Assembly: GCA_021800155.1 (NCBI GenBank)
Contig: JAJYZG010000001.1
Span: 9,583-73,582 of the forward strand
Length of the DNA stretch: 64,000 nt
Reading direction: 5' to 3'
Source: a bacterium
GTDB lineage: Bacteria; Patescibacteriota; Saccharimonadia; Saccharimonadales; UBA4665
Shown here: piece after piece, positions 52,532-61,653 of the stretch
Numbering within the stretch: the stretch's first letter is position 1
Layout of the letters: each line of letters begins with the position of its first letter
The notes under the pieces: generated by a model
Told to the model about the DNA's origin: nothing
The model's database searches: none
The model's input: only the letters and a program-made list of their open reading frames with translations
Translations under genes and position numbers: made by a program

Positions 52532-52982
52532 TCTGAAACCTTGCAGCTGTAAAAGACATGATAATCGGTATATCAATAGCAAACAGGATTAAGGCTAACG
52601 TTAATATAACCAACATTTGGCCTCTCACATGATCGTAAATAAATATATACTCTAACATGCCAGCTTCAACTACATATTCTAGAATTACCCATCTAAATAC
52701 CTTAAAAAACTTATCCCAAGCCAAATTCTTAATCTGGCTAAGCCATATCGCAGCGAACAGCGCCAAAACACCACCCAAGCCCAACAGAGTTGTGACGATT
52801 AGCATGGAGGGTAAATTAGGTAGGTGAGCAGCAATGTAAATACCGTCAATAATAATAAAAGTCAGTGACGCAAGACATAGTTGGTTAATAGGTGGGAATT
52901 TTTGTTCCCAGTATTCCACTTTCTTAGATTGTGACTTTGTTTGACCATTTTGGCGGGCGCTGTTAAGTCGAGTATCGCTCAT
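52527..52982 (-). CDS. Hypothetical 4-TM membrane protein
   Basis: Four hydrophobic segments; 4-nt overlap with upstream partner gene. Confidence 0.8.
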   Translation of the reverse strand: MSDTRLNSARQNGQTKSQSKKVEYWEQKFPPINQLCLASLTFIIIDGIYIAAHLPNLPSMLIVTTLLGLGGVLALFAAIWLSQIKNLAWDKFFKVFRWVILEYVVEAGMLEYIFIYDHVRGQMLVILTLALILFAIDIPIIMSFTAARFQS

Positions 52983-53578
52983 AACGTGGCAACTCTCGTC
53001 ATGATTAAGAGAGTAGCTACTTGCATAATGCCCAAGATAGCAGACCCATAAATAAAGCGATGCATTAATACGCTAATAAGTCTTGGATTTGGCTCCGGTT
53101 TCTTTAGTTCAAATAAGATGGCTAGATTGGCTGGTGCTAATGAGCCCATGGCTACCAGTAGCATTACACCCACGACGCAAAAAGCTACGATCAGCCAGGT
53201 ATGCTCTGGCTGTGCTGGCGTTAAATAACCCAGATGTCGTGCCAGCTGGAACCCGCCAGCCAGAGTCATGGTCACAAGTGTTGGAACAATTAACAGCATT
53301 TTTGGCATAAAGCGTTTAGAAAATTCAACTTTTGCGGAGATTGACAACCGCGCAAGCACCATTGGACCAATCAACAGCCCAACCAAAAGATCAGTTGCCG
53401 TCCACAAACCGCCGCCTACAACGTGAAAGAAGTCTAAGGCCCAAAGCTTATTGGTGGCAATTGCAACGATTAAGCCAATTAAAATAACCGCCACAATTGG
53501 AATGCCCTTAATTGGCACTATCTGAAAATTAGAGCCAGAGTTTGAAGTTGCTGCTTTGACTGAGCCCGCTTGTACCAT
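52979..53578 (-). CDS. Hypothetical multi-TM membrane protein with intramembrane His/Asp
   Basis: WALDFFHVVGGGLWTATDL and about 5 TM helices. Confidence 0.8.
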   Translation of the reverse strand: MVQAGSVKAATSNSGSNFQIVPIKGIPIVAVILIGLIVAIATNKLWALDFFHVVGGGLWTATDLLVGLLIGPMVLARLSISAKVEFSKRFMPKMLLIVPTLVTMTLAGGFQLARHLGYLTPAQPEHTWLIVAFCVVGVMLLVAMGSLAPANLAILFELKKPEPNPRLISVLMHRFIYGSAILGIMQVATLLIMTRVATL

Positions 53579-53679
53579 AGTCTTGTTCTACTTTTAACGT
53601 CTCATCTGCATAAAGTATGGTGTGAAGTTAAAAAAATTATATATAAAGCGAGAGCAAAGGTCAATTTTACTACAGGCAC

Positions 53680-53748
53680 TGTTAGGACAAAAATAAAAGC
53701 AACATGACTCTTTGAGACATAGCTCTCCTAACGTAAGCTGGTTGTTGG
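53680..53748 (+). repeat. Second copy of the IS left-end repeat
   Basis: TGTTAGGACAAAAATAAAAG resembles 51708-51727; ACTCTTTGAGAC...CTAACGTAAGCTGGTTGTTGG aligns with 51780-51822. Confidence 0.8.
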
Positions 53749-53782
53749 CTCTTATACCAATATTGACAGAGCCGAAACATTA

Positions 53783-54363
53783 GTGTGGTACTGGACAATT
53801 ATTGAAGGTACCGAAAAAACTGTAGATTATAATGTAGCAAGCGATACGTTAGAAGCTATAGGGTACGCAGTACAGGCAGCTATCACTGACGACAGACGAG
53901 GCGTCAGGCAAATGCTAGAAAATAAAGGCATTCCTGCCCAACAATGCCACTTTCACCAGCTGCAAACCATTATCCAATGCTTAACCCGGAGCGAACTAAG
54001 TTAATCCAAAACCAAGAGCTGAGAGCCATTGCTTTGACGCTCAGTAAAATTACTAAAGCTGAGTTCGAGAAACAACTTGACGATTGGTACAAAAAACACG
54101 GTGAATGGCTTAAGGAACGCTAACGAGAACCCATAACCAAAAGTCTACGTTACCAACATGACCGTACTAGACGAGCTTACTTCTCCTTACGAAGAAACCT
54201 GAACTACTTGTTTACCTACCAGGATGAAACACTGACCCAACAAGGTATTAGAATACCCAATACAACCAGTCCGTTAGACGGCAGGTTTGCAGTTTGAAAA
54301 GACAAACTTAAACCACATCGTGGCTGCACAAAACAACGTAAAGTTAAAATCCTGAGTTGTTAA
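53783..54363 (+). pseudogene. IS256/Mutator-like transposase remnant
   Basis: AITDDRRG, PAQQCHFHQ (CxxH), frameshift near 54000, then HDRTRRAYFSLRRNLNYLFTY, IPNTTSPLDGRF...HRG with in-frame stops at 54121 and 54295. Confidence 0.8.
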
Positions 54364-54513
54364 TTCTCTAGAGCAACCGTCTAGGTAAACAACCCAAAAC
54401 CAGCCTTTAACCCAATAAAGCCTTACAAATCGGCGACTAGCTACAAGCTTATAAGTTTTTAAAAGTAATTGCCGTTTCCCGAGACACAATTAGATCAATT
54501 AAACTCCTATATA

Positions 54514-54543
54514 TTGACTATTAAAGCAATCAGCGATTAGACT
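54514..54543 (+). promoter_or_regulatory. Putative promoter upstream of structured leader
   Basis: TTGACT-N18-TAGACT. Confidence 0.5.
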
Positions 54544-54603
54544 ATAAATGTTATGGGTTTTAACTTGAAGCAGAGCAGAATCGTCACAATTCTAGCCAGA
54601 TCA

Positions 54604-54692
54604 GGGCTGTGCTTCAGTACGGTTGAAGCCTGCGCATAAAAATAGCGCCAAGCACAGTCCGCAAGAAAAGGCTTCAATCGGGAAGCTTTTTT
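54604..54692 (+). ncRNA. Unclassified cis-regulatory RNA with terminator/antiterminator
   Basis: 11-bp stem 54604-14/54650-60; terminator GGCTTC-aatcgg-GAAGCT+T5; competing 12-bp helix 54620-31/54669-80. Confidence 0.6.
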
Positions 54693-54711
54693 CAATTAAG
54701 GAGAAGACAAA

Positions 54712-54930
54712 ATGAGCACCAAAGATTTCAATTTACTTAGAGCACGCTATAGGCACTATTTTTCGGGACCATACGAGTCTATAGCCGTTGCAGACGGATT
54801 TGACTACCCTGACGATCCACCGACACAAGACCAAACAACAGAGGCTCAAACAGATAAACATCTGCTGCACAAAGATATAGGCAACATTGCAGTTAGTGCG
54901 GAAGCACTTTACCGAGACTCGTCAATCTGA
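54712..54930 (+). CDS. Small hypothetical protein (72 aa)
   Basis: TAAGGAG SD correctly spaced; downstream of structured leader. Confidence 0.65.
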   Translation: MSTKDFNLLRARYRHYFSGPYESIAVADGFDYPDDPPTQDQTTEAQTDKHLLHKDIGNIAVSAEALYRDSSI

Positions 54931-54948
54931 TATATTACTAGTTAAGTT

Positions 54949-54993
54949 GCCAAAGACAGCGACGGGGTGAACCCTTGATAATGTCGCCGAGGT
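54949..54993 (+). promoter_or_regulatory. L10 leader (L10/L12 autoregulatory RNA)
   Basis: CCAAAGACAGCGAC...GTCGCCGAGG matches the L10-leader core (AGACAG...CCGAGG) upstream of rplJ. Confidence 0.8.
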
Positions 54994-55112
54994 GTAAAAT
55001 CTTGCAGTCTAAAAGTCTTTGGATAATAGCAAAGACTTGTTAATGGCAACGATCAAAGAATCGGGTCGAGATCTTTGAACGTAGACAATACTAGATATGG
55101 AGAAAAAGCTAA

Positions 55113-55634
55113 ATGCCTTTAACAAGAGAAAAGAAAGAACAAATAGTTGAAGATATAAGCGAACTTTTAAAAAGTTCAAAAATGACTGTAGTTGCTAAAT
55201 ACCAGGGTACGCCCGTTAAGGATATGCAACTATTACGGCGTGAGGCAAAAATATCCGGCACAACAGTAAGAGTAGTGAAAAATAGGCTGGTTATACAAGC
55301 TATACAGAGGAATGAGCAGTTAAAAAACGTCGACATCTCACATCTAGAAGGCATGTTAGCTTATGCATTCAATAATGACGATGAAGCTGCTTCGGCTCAA
55401 AGCCTAGCTGCATTTGCAAAAACTAATCCTCAGATCGAATTCGTCGGTGCTATCACACCCGAAGGCAAATGGATTAATGCTGATGCAGTAGAGGCTCTAT
55501 CTATGCTGCCAAGTAAGCCCGTATTAATCAGCTCAGTCATTACACTTTTAGTGTCACCTGTCGGAAAAATTCTTAGTGCCAGTGGCAATGGCTTAAGTGG
55601 CATAGTGTCAGCCCTGCAAGCTAAGGCTGCATAA
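55113..55634 (+). CDS. rplJ: 50S ribosomal protein L10
   Basis: YQG...LRR, VVKNRL, LPSK; upstream of rplL. Confidence 0.96.
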   Translation: MPLTREKKEQIVEDISELLKSSKMTVVAKYQGTPVKDMQLLRREAKISGTTVRVVKNRLVIQAIQRNEQLKNVDISHLEGMLAYAFNNDDEAASAQSLAAFAKTNPQIEFVGAITPEGKWINADAVEALSMLPSKPVLISSVITLLVSPVGKILSASGNGLSGIVSALQAKAA

Positions 55635-55667
55635 AGATTATTAAAGCAATTAAAGGAGAAGAAAATT

Positions 55668-56051
55668 ATGGCGAACATTGAAAAACTGGCCGAGGAACTA
55701 GTAGGATTGACCGTTCTAGAAGTAAACGAACTAAGTAATACCCTTAAGGAAAAGTATGGTATTGAGCCTGCAGCCGCATCAGTAGCTGTCGCAGCCCCAG
55801 CGGCAGGCGGGGAAGCTACTGCTCCAGCCGAGGCAGAAAAAAGTGAATATGACGTCGTATTAAAAGATCCTGGGACCCAAAAAGTAGCCGTCATTAAAGC
55901 CGTTAAAGATATTACCAACCTCGGATTAGGCGAAGCCAAAGCTCTAGTTGACGGAGCGCCAAAGACAATTTTGGAAAAGGCTAAAACCGAGGATGCCGAA
56001 GAAGCCAAGAAGAAACTAGAAGAAGCTGGCGCAACGGTAGAGTTATCGTAA
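55668..56051 (+). CDS. rplL: 50S ribosomal protein L7/L12
   Basis: [35 protein letters not shown]. Confidence 0.99.
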   Translation: MANIEKLAEELVGLTVLEVNELSNTLKEKYGIEPAAASVAVAAPAAGGEATAPAEAEKSEYDVVLKDPGTQKVAVIKAVKDITNLGLGEAKALVDGAPKTILEKAKTEDAEEAKKKLEEAGATVELS

Positions 56052-56093
56052 TCTAAAGATATCTATAGCTTACAGCAATATTACCTCCGTCTG

Positions 56094-56138
56094 TTATCCA
56101 CAGAACACTTTGACTTCTGTTGGCAATAGTGTTAGTTT
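56094..56138 (+). promoter_or_regulatory. Perfect DnaA box next to a sigma70 promoter
   Basis: TTATCCACA 56094-56102; TTGACT 56110-15 -N17- TAGTTT 56133-38 with TG extension. Confidence 0.65.
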
Positions 56139-56206
56139 AAGGTTATCTGTCCCTAGACAAAGATTAGCTATAGAGGCGGAGTAGAAAGAGAAAACCACAT
56201 CATAAA

Positions 56207-56713
56207 ATGGCAGATGTTCCAGATAAACAAATCAAAAGACTGCGCTCACTAATCAGGGAGGCGGAAACGAACTTAGCAGCCGCAAATGAGCTACTAGTGA
56301 GTCTGGTGGGAGACGATGAAAAAATTGTCTCAATTGCACGTGATGATACTCTAGGTAAGGTCATTGAAGGAGTATTTGATGGACAGAACATGGTTGGTAG
56401 TGACGGAAAGACCTATCCTGTACCGGCCAACTACGCTAGTAAGTCTAAACTAGTGCAAGGAGATATTTTGAAACTAACCATATCTGATGATGGAGCGTTT
56501 CTATACAAGCAGATCGGTCCGGTTCCCAGGAAGCAGATTGTCGGCACGCTAAATCTCGAAAACGGCCACTATTTGGTTAATGCCAGTGGAAAGAATTATA
56601 GAGTTTTATTAGCTAGCGTTACCTACTTCAAGGCTAAGCCGGGTGACCAGGTCAGTGTGAACATACCGGAAGACGGCAACTCTGAATGGGCTGCCTTAGA
56701 AGCCGCACTTTAA
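56207..56713 (+). CDS. Conserved-looking hypothetical protein (coiled coil plus beta-barrel-like halves)
   Basis: IEGVFDGQNMVGSDGKTYPVPANYASKSKLVQGDILKLTI; recalled as a CPR-wide unknown family, not verified. Confidence 0.85.
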   Translation: MADVPDKQIKRLRSLIREAETNLAAANELLVSLVGDDEKIVSIARDDTLGKVIEGVFDGQNMVGSDGKTYPVPANYASKSKLVQGDILKLTISDDGAFLYKQIGPVPRKQIVGTLNLENGHYLVNASGKNYRVLLASVTYFKAKPGDQVSVNIPEDGNSEWAALEAAL

Positions 56714-57073
56714 AGAAGGACCACAAGCCAAACAATCATTAAGCGTGTAATTATGTTAGATAATAACAGCTCAGACATCGGCAGACACTTTTATTAATGA
56801 GATAGATCACAGATTTCACGACATCGAAATTATTGCTCTAACATACAACAACGAAATATTCTTTCAAGCTTGAGCAAAAGGCAGATGCGTAATCAACATC
56901 GGCAATCGCTACAGCACCGCAAATAAACAACCCGTTTTATAGTATTAAAGAATTTATAAACTAGATACAGGATTATTGGCGCCTGACGGGTTAGATCAAT
57001 ATTGCATACAGGTATATTTAAAAAGAGACCAAAAAAACTGTTATGCATGCTAGCACTGCGCTATACTGGAACG

Positions 57074-57340
57074 AATTGATTGACTAAGAGTAGGATCATC
57101 AATTAAGTAAGTTGCTGGGCTGCCAAGCAAAATCTGGTTGAGGCTGACGTTAAGTCCGATCTCACTGACGCTACTTCAAGACAACGTCAAACGCTACCAA
57201 ACAGATATAGGAAAGCCGTTACTGCAACACATTCACCAATGCAGCATTATATGTTTTAAGCCGGATCGCGAAGCACGACATTAAAATCAAATTCTGACGA
57301 ATAAGTGTTATGACGTGCAGGTTGTAGCTAAAATCTAGCT
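57074..57340 (+). ncRNA. Candidate structured non-coding RNA upstream of dnaX
   Basis: TATACT at 57062-67 followed by nested complementary segments; no credible ORF. Confidence 0.35.
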
Positions 57341-57406
57341 CCGATGTATTGATTTTATGCCTATACGCTAGCAATATCTGGCAACTTACAGATATAATGA
57401 TAATAA

Positions 57407-58852
57407 ATGGGACAGGCACTCTATCGTAAATACAGATCGAAATCATTGCACGAAATTGTCGGGCAAGAGCACATCACGAAAACTTTAAATAGTGCCGTGC
57501 GGCAAGGACGCATATCACACGCCTATCTGTTTACTGGACCAAAAGGTGTTGGCAAAACATCCGTTGCCCGAATCCTGGCGCATGAAATTAATGGATTAAA
57601 ATATGTCGATGATACTGGGCATATTGACATTATAGAAATTGATGCTGCAAGCAACAGGAAACTGGAAGAAACTAAATCACTAATCGAAAAAATTTATGTC
57701 ACGCCAGTAACCGCAAAATATAAGGTCTATATCATTGACGAGGTGCACATGCTGACACTTGAATCATTTAACGCTTTGTTGAAAACTCTAGAAGAACCGC
57801 CAGAACATGCAGTGTTTATTTTAGCAACCACCGAAGCACACAAATTACCGGAAACCATTGTCAGCCGTACTCAGCGCTTCCAATTTAAGCCGATTGATCA
57901 AGCTAAAATTGCAAAACACCTAAAGTATATCGCCGAACGAGAAAAAATAGAAGTCGACCAAGAGGCACTCGAACTAATCGCTGCACATGGCCAGGGCAGT
58001 TTCCGCGACAGCATCGGTCTATTGGATCAAGCAGCAAACTACGGCCAGCCCATAACCACCCAAACCATCACTACTTTGCTCGGAATTCCTCCCAAAAAAC
58101 TGCTGGACCAACTATTTGCGGATTTAAGCAACATTAACCCTGCGCGCTTAATGAAGGACATCCATAATCTATACAACCAAGGATATCCGGCGACGGCAAT
58201 TGCCTCACAATTGTCCGATTTAGTCCGAACCAGAATCATATCCAACGATCCCCACATCGACAAAGCTATCAGCCTTAATTTACTAGAGAGGCTCTTGGAT
58301 ATACCCGCCTCGCCGCAGCCAGAACGGTTACTTGAGATAGTATTACTTGCAAACCAGTCTAAATCTGGAAATAAGGCCATAGTTAATGAAGAAGGCTCAG
58401 GCGCCGATTATAAAAGCAGCATAAGCTTACCCGAAAACGTGCCTACTTCTGTTAGTGCTCGGCAATCAGCGCAAACAGTTAATGACAATCAAATGTCTAA
58501 ACCCGATATTCCGATACCCCGGGCAATGAGTCAAACGGCCTGGACAGAAGTTTTAAATTTACTCAAAAATCGTTTTAATACACTATACGGTGTGGTAAGA
58601 ATGGCTAGCATCGACTACAGCAACCCTAGTGTTCTACAACTAAACTTTGCGTTTCCGTTTCATCAAAAACGCGTGAATGAAGCTCATAATCGGAAACTGA
58701 TTGAGGACGCAATTGAACAAGTGATCGGGGCGCGCATAAATATTAAATGCAACATCGACAAATCCTTGCTAAAGCCCAGTCCAAAAAATACCGCGCCTCA
58801 GGAAATAGATACCATTGCCGGAATCTTTGGTGGCGTTGAATTATTAGACTAA
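57407..58852 (+). CDS. dnaX: DNA polymerase III gamma/tau subunit
   Basis: LYRKYR, GPKGVGKTS, IEIDAAS, IIDEVHML, LLKTLEEPP. Confidence 0.98.
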   Translation: MGQALYRKYRSKSLHEIVGQEHITKTLNSAVRQGRISHAYLFTGPKGVGKTSVARILAHEINGLKYVDDTGHIDIIEIDAASNRKLEETKSLIEKIYVTPVTAKYKVYIIDEVHMLTLESFNALLKTLEEPPEHAVFILATTEAHKLPETIVSRTQRFQFKPIDQAKIAKHLKYIAEREKIEVDQEALELIAAHGQGSFRDSIGLLDQAANYGQPITTQTITTLLGIPPKKLLDQLFADLSNINPARLMKDIHNLYNQGYPATAIASQLSDLVRTRIISNDPHIDKAISLNLLERLLDIPASPQPERLLEIVLLANQSKSGNKAIVNEEGSGADYKSSISLPENVPTSVSARQSAQTVNDNQMSKPDIPIPRAMSQTAWTEVLNLLKNRFNTLYGVVRMASIDYSNPSVLQLNFAFPFHQKRVNEAHNRKLIEDAIEQVIGARINIKCNIDKSLLKPSPKNTAPQEIDTIAGIFGGVELLD

Positions 58853-58961
58853 ACGCCAAGAAAGGGGAAAACGTGTTTATAAACTCTTGGGCTATCAAAA
58901 AAACTGAGAATATAATAAACGTTAAATTAAGCCATAGAGAGACTGTAAGAATAAAGACAAA

Positions 58962-60320
58962 ATGGTCAACATAACTAAAAAATTAGATCAGCCGCCGCAA
59001 AATGTTGATGCCGAAGCATCGTTGTTGGGCGCAATCTTAATTGATGCCGATGCCATTGTGAAAATAGCCGACCGGATCAGGCCGATTGATTTTTTTGACA
59101 AGCGTCATGAGATTATTTATTACGCGATGAACGAGCTCTATGAACAACATGTCGCCATAGATGTATTAACACTTGCTAATCACTTGAGATCGATTGGTGA
59201 ACTAGATAGTGTAGGTGGTGCGGTTTACTTAACAGAATTAACCAATTTTGTACCTACTGCCGCCCATGTCGAGCAATACGCCGATATAGTGGCGCAGAAG
59301 TCTCTTAGAAGACGCTTAATCACAGTGTCGCAACAAATGGTATCATTGGGCTTTGACGAAACCAAAGAGCTGCACGAGCTAATCGAAGAAGCCGAAAGCA
59401 ACTTATTCGCAGTTAGCGAGCAGCATGTCAAGCAGTCAGTTGTCAGCCTCGAAGCCATACTGGCAGAAAGCTTCGAACGTTTGGACGAACTACATAAGGA
59501 TAAGAAGAAACTGCGTGGAATATCTACTGGTTTCAAAGATCTCGATAACTTATTGGCAGGATTTCAGCGCTCTGATCTATTTATCTTGGCTGCCCGGCCA
59601 TCAATGGGAAAAACCGCCCTGATGCTAAACTTTGCCCATAATGTGGCAGTAAAAGCAAAGCAGCCTGTCTTATTCTTTAGCCTAGAAATGAGCAAAGAGC
59701 AGCTGGTTGACAGACTGTTAAGCATCGAATCTGGTGTTGATGCCTGGGCACTTCGTACCGGCAACTTAACTGACTCTGACTTTGAAAAAATCGGTGAAGC
59801 CATGGGAACACTCAGTGAAGCCCCGATTTTGATTGATGATACTCCTGGAATTTCCGTTAGTGACCTACGCACTATCGCAAGACGAGAAAATCACCATCAC
59901 AAATTAGGCCTCGTAATAGTAGACTATCTACAGCTCATGAGTGGAGGCGCGCGCTTCTCGAGCGAAGGAAACCGCGTCCAGGAAATTTCGGAAATCTCAC
60001 GCGGTCTGAAAAGTATTGCCAGGGAACTAGACGTACCATTACTAGCCGCTTCGCAGCTTAACCGCTCAGTTGAAAACCGAAGCCCGCAAATTCCACAATT
60101 GGCTGATTTAAGAGAAAGTGGCAGTCTCGAACAAGACAGTGACGTGGTTGCATTTATTTACCGCGAGGAATTTTACAATCCTGAAACAGAACGAAAAAAA
60201 ATTACCGATATACTGGTCAAGAAGCATCGCAACGGACCAGTAGGCGGAGTTGAATTATACTTCGATAATGAGCGTCAGCGTTTTCGTTCTCTCGATACCA
60301 AGCATAACGCACCATTTTAA
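58962..60320 (+). CDS. dnaB: Replicative DNA helicase
   Basis: AARPSMGKT, FSLEM, VDYLQL, SQLNR, DLRESGSLEQD, KHRNGP. Confidence 0.99.
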   Translation: MVNITKKLDQPPQNVDAEASLLGAILIDADAIVKIADRIRPIDFFDKRHEIIYYAMNELYEQHVAIDVLTLANHLRSIGELDSVGGAVYLTELTNFVPTAAHVEQYADIVAQKSLRRRLITVSQQMVSLGFDETKELHELIEEAESNLFAVSEQHVKQSVVSLEAILAESFERLDELHKDKKKLRGISTGFKDLDNLLAGFQRSDLFILAARPSMGKTALMLNFAHNVAVKAKQPVLFFSLEMSKEQLVDRLLSIESGVDAWALRTGNLTDSDFEKIGEAMGTLSEAPILIDDTPGISVSDLRTIARRENHHHKLGLVIVDYLQLMSGGARFSSEGNRVQEISEISRGLKSIARELDVPLLAASQLNRSVENRSPQIPQLADLRESGSLEQDSDVVAFIYREEFYNPETERKKITDILVKKHRNGPVGGVELYFDNERQRFRSLDTKHNAPF

Positions 60321-60337
60321 GTTTTACTCCTCTCAAA

Positions 60338-61582
60338 ATGGCTACAGCAACCGCAAAGGCTAAAGTACAAAGTAAGGTTCGTCCGGCTCTAAAAAGTCGG
60401 ATTAATGTCGGTTTTGGATGGTATGGATTCGGCTTAAGCTTCACTGCCTCGGCTTTAATACTATTGTGGCGGCTATCTACATTAACAGATAATTTTGCAA
60501 GTTCAAGTGAAGTCGCAACAAAAATCCAACTATTCACAAACAGTCCTTGGTGGAAATCCGTCTCTAATATTTACGGACCGTATTATTTATTGCTTCATGG
60601 TACTTTTGCGATTAATCATTCATTAATGACACTGCGCTTAGCTTCTGTTCTTGTGGGGATGATCGTTGTCGCCTTAGTCTATTGGACAGTTACTAACTGG
60701 CATGGATATAAGATCGGACTAATGTCAACCCTCATCCTGATAACCAGTTTTGGATTTTTGGTTGTTGCCCGGCAAGCGACGCCACTCGTTACACAGCTGT
60801 TAGCAGTCGCCGCTTTGGTGTTTGCCGCAGTCAATTTAACTCACAAACAGTCGCCATTATCACTGGTGTTATATAGCATAGTCTTTGCCGGTACACTATA
60901 TGTACCGGGAGGAGTTTGTTTAGCCTTAGTCACCACTATCTTTATCCGTCAATCATTAATCAAAGCTTATTCCGCTTGTATTAAGAGATTCGCAAAGCCG
61001 TCGCTTATCTTATTGGAATTACTCCTACTTACACCTATTGCTTACCGGCTAATTCGCCATTATAGCCCCTCACAGCTTGCGACTTGGCTTGGTTATGGTC
61101 TGCACGGGAAAAGCCACGCCTGGCATAGTTTTTTCGTAAATCTAGTGCATGTTCCGTTGGATTTATTCGCTCACGCCAGTAGTCTCGCGCCAACCTTGTC
61201 AATCGGGCATTTACCAATGCTGCCAGTTACCTTTAGCATAATGACAGCGATAGGTTTGTACGTTTATCTAACACACCTAAGCAACTGGCGTTGGCAAGCA
61301 GTATTACTTATTTTTGCTACCAGCTGGTTACTAAGCGGTTTTGGAATTATTAGCCCGCTGTCACTGCTACCGCTTGTGGCAATTATCGCCGGAACCGGGT
61401 GCGCTTATTTAGTCAAACAATGGTACGATGTTTTCCCATACAACCCAATTGCTCGGACCACTGGGCTAGTACTGATTTTTAGCATTTTAATATTTACAGG
61501 CATCTATGCTACCCGCAGCTATATTGTCGGGTGGGCAAATAGCAAAGCTACTATTGCCTCTTATACTCAGACCTTACCTTAG
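60338..61582 (+). CDS. Polytopic membrane protein, GT-C (ArnT/PMT-like) glycosyltransferase candidate
   Basis: About 11 TM helices; SSEV after TM1, PYYLL, LRLAS pattern. Confidence 0.6.
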   Translation: MATATAKAKVQSKVRPALKSRINVGFGWYGFGLSFTASALILLWRLSTLTDNFASSSEVATKIQLFTNSPWWKSVSNIYGPYYLLLHGTFAINHSLMTLRLASVLVGMIVVALVYWTVTNWHGYKIGLMSTLILITSFGFLVVARQATPLVTQLLAVAALVFAAVNLTHKQSPLSLVLYSIVFAGTLYVPGGVCLALVTTIFIRQSLIKAYSACIKRFAKPSLILLELLLLTPIAYRLIRHYSPSQLATWLGYGLHGKSHAWHSFFVNLVHVPLDLFAHASSLAPTLSIGHLPMLPVTFSIMTAIGLYVYLTHLSNWRWQAVLLIFATSWLLSGFGIISPLSLLPLVAIIAGTGCAYLVKQWYDVFPYNPIARTTGLVLIFSILIFTGIYATRSYIVGWANSKATIASYTQTLP

Positions 61583-61653
61583 ATAATTTTGCTATACTAT
61601 TTTAAGAAGTAAAAGCCGCTACATTAAGGCCGACAGAAAGGATTTAGGTAAAT

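Noticed and set aside
51761..53748. CRISPR array from the 21-bp repeat
   Set aside because: Only two copies 1.9 kb apart, no cas genes; better explained as IS left ends.
56750..57000. Possible decayed gene after the 168-aa hypothetical
   Set aside because: Only short interrupted frames with nothing recognisable.
57219..57446. 75-aa minus-strand ORF upstream of dnaX
   Set aside because: Overlaps the dnaX start and promoter, with no coding hallmarks.
58875..58883. DnaA-box-like TGTTTATAA upstream of dnaB
   Set aside because: One mismatch in AT-rich DNA; not distinguishable from chance.
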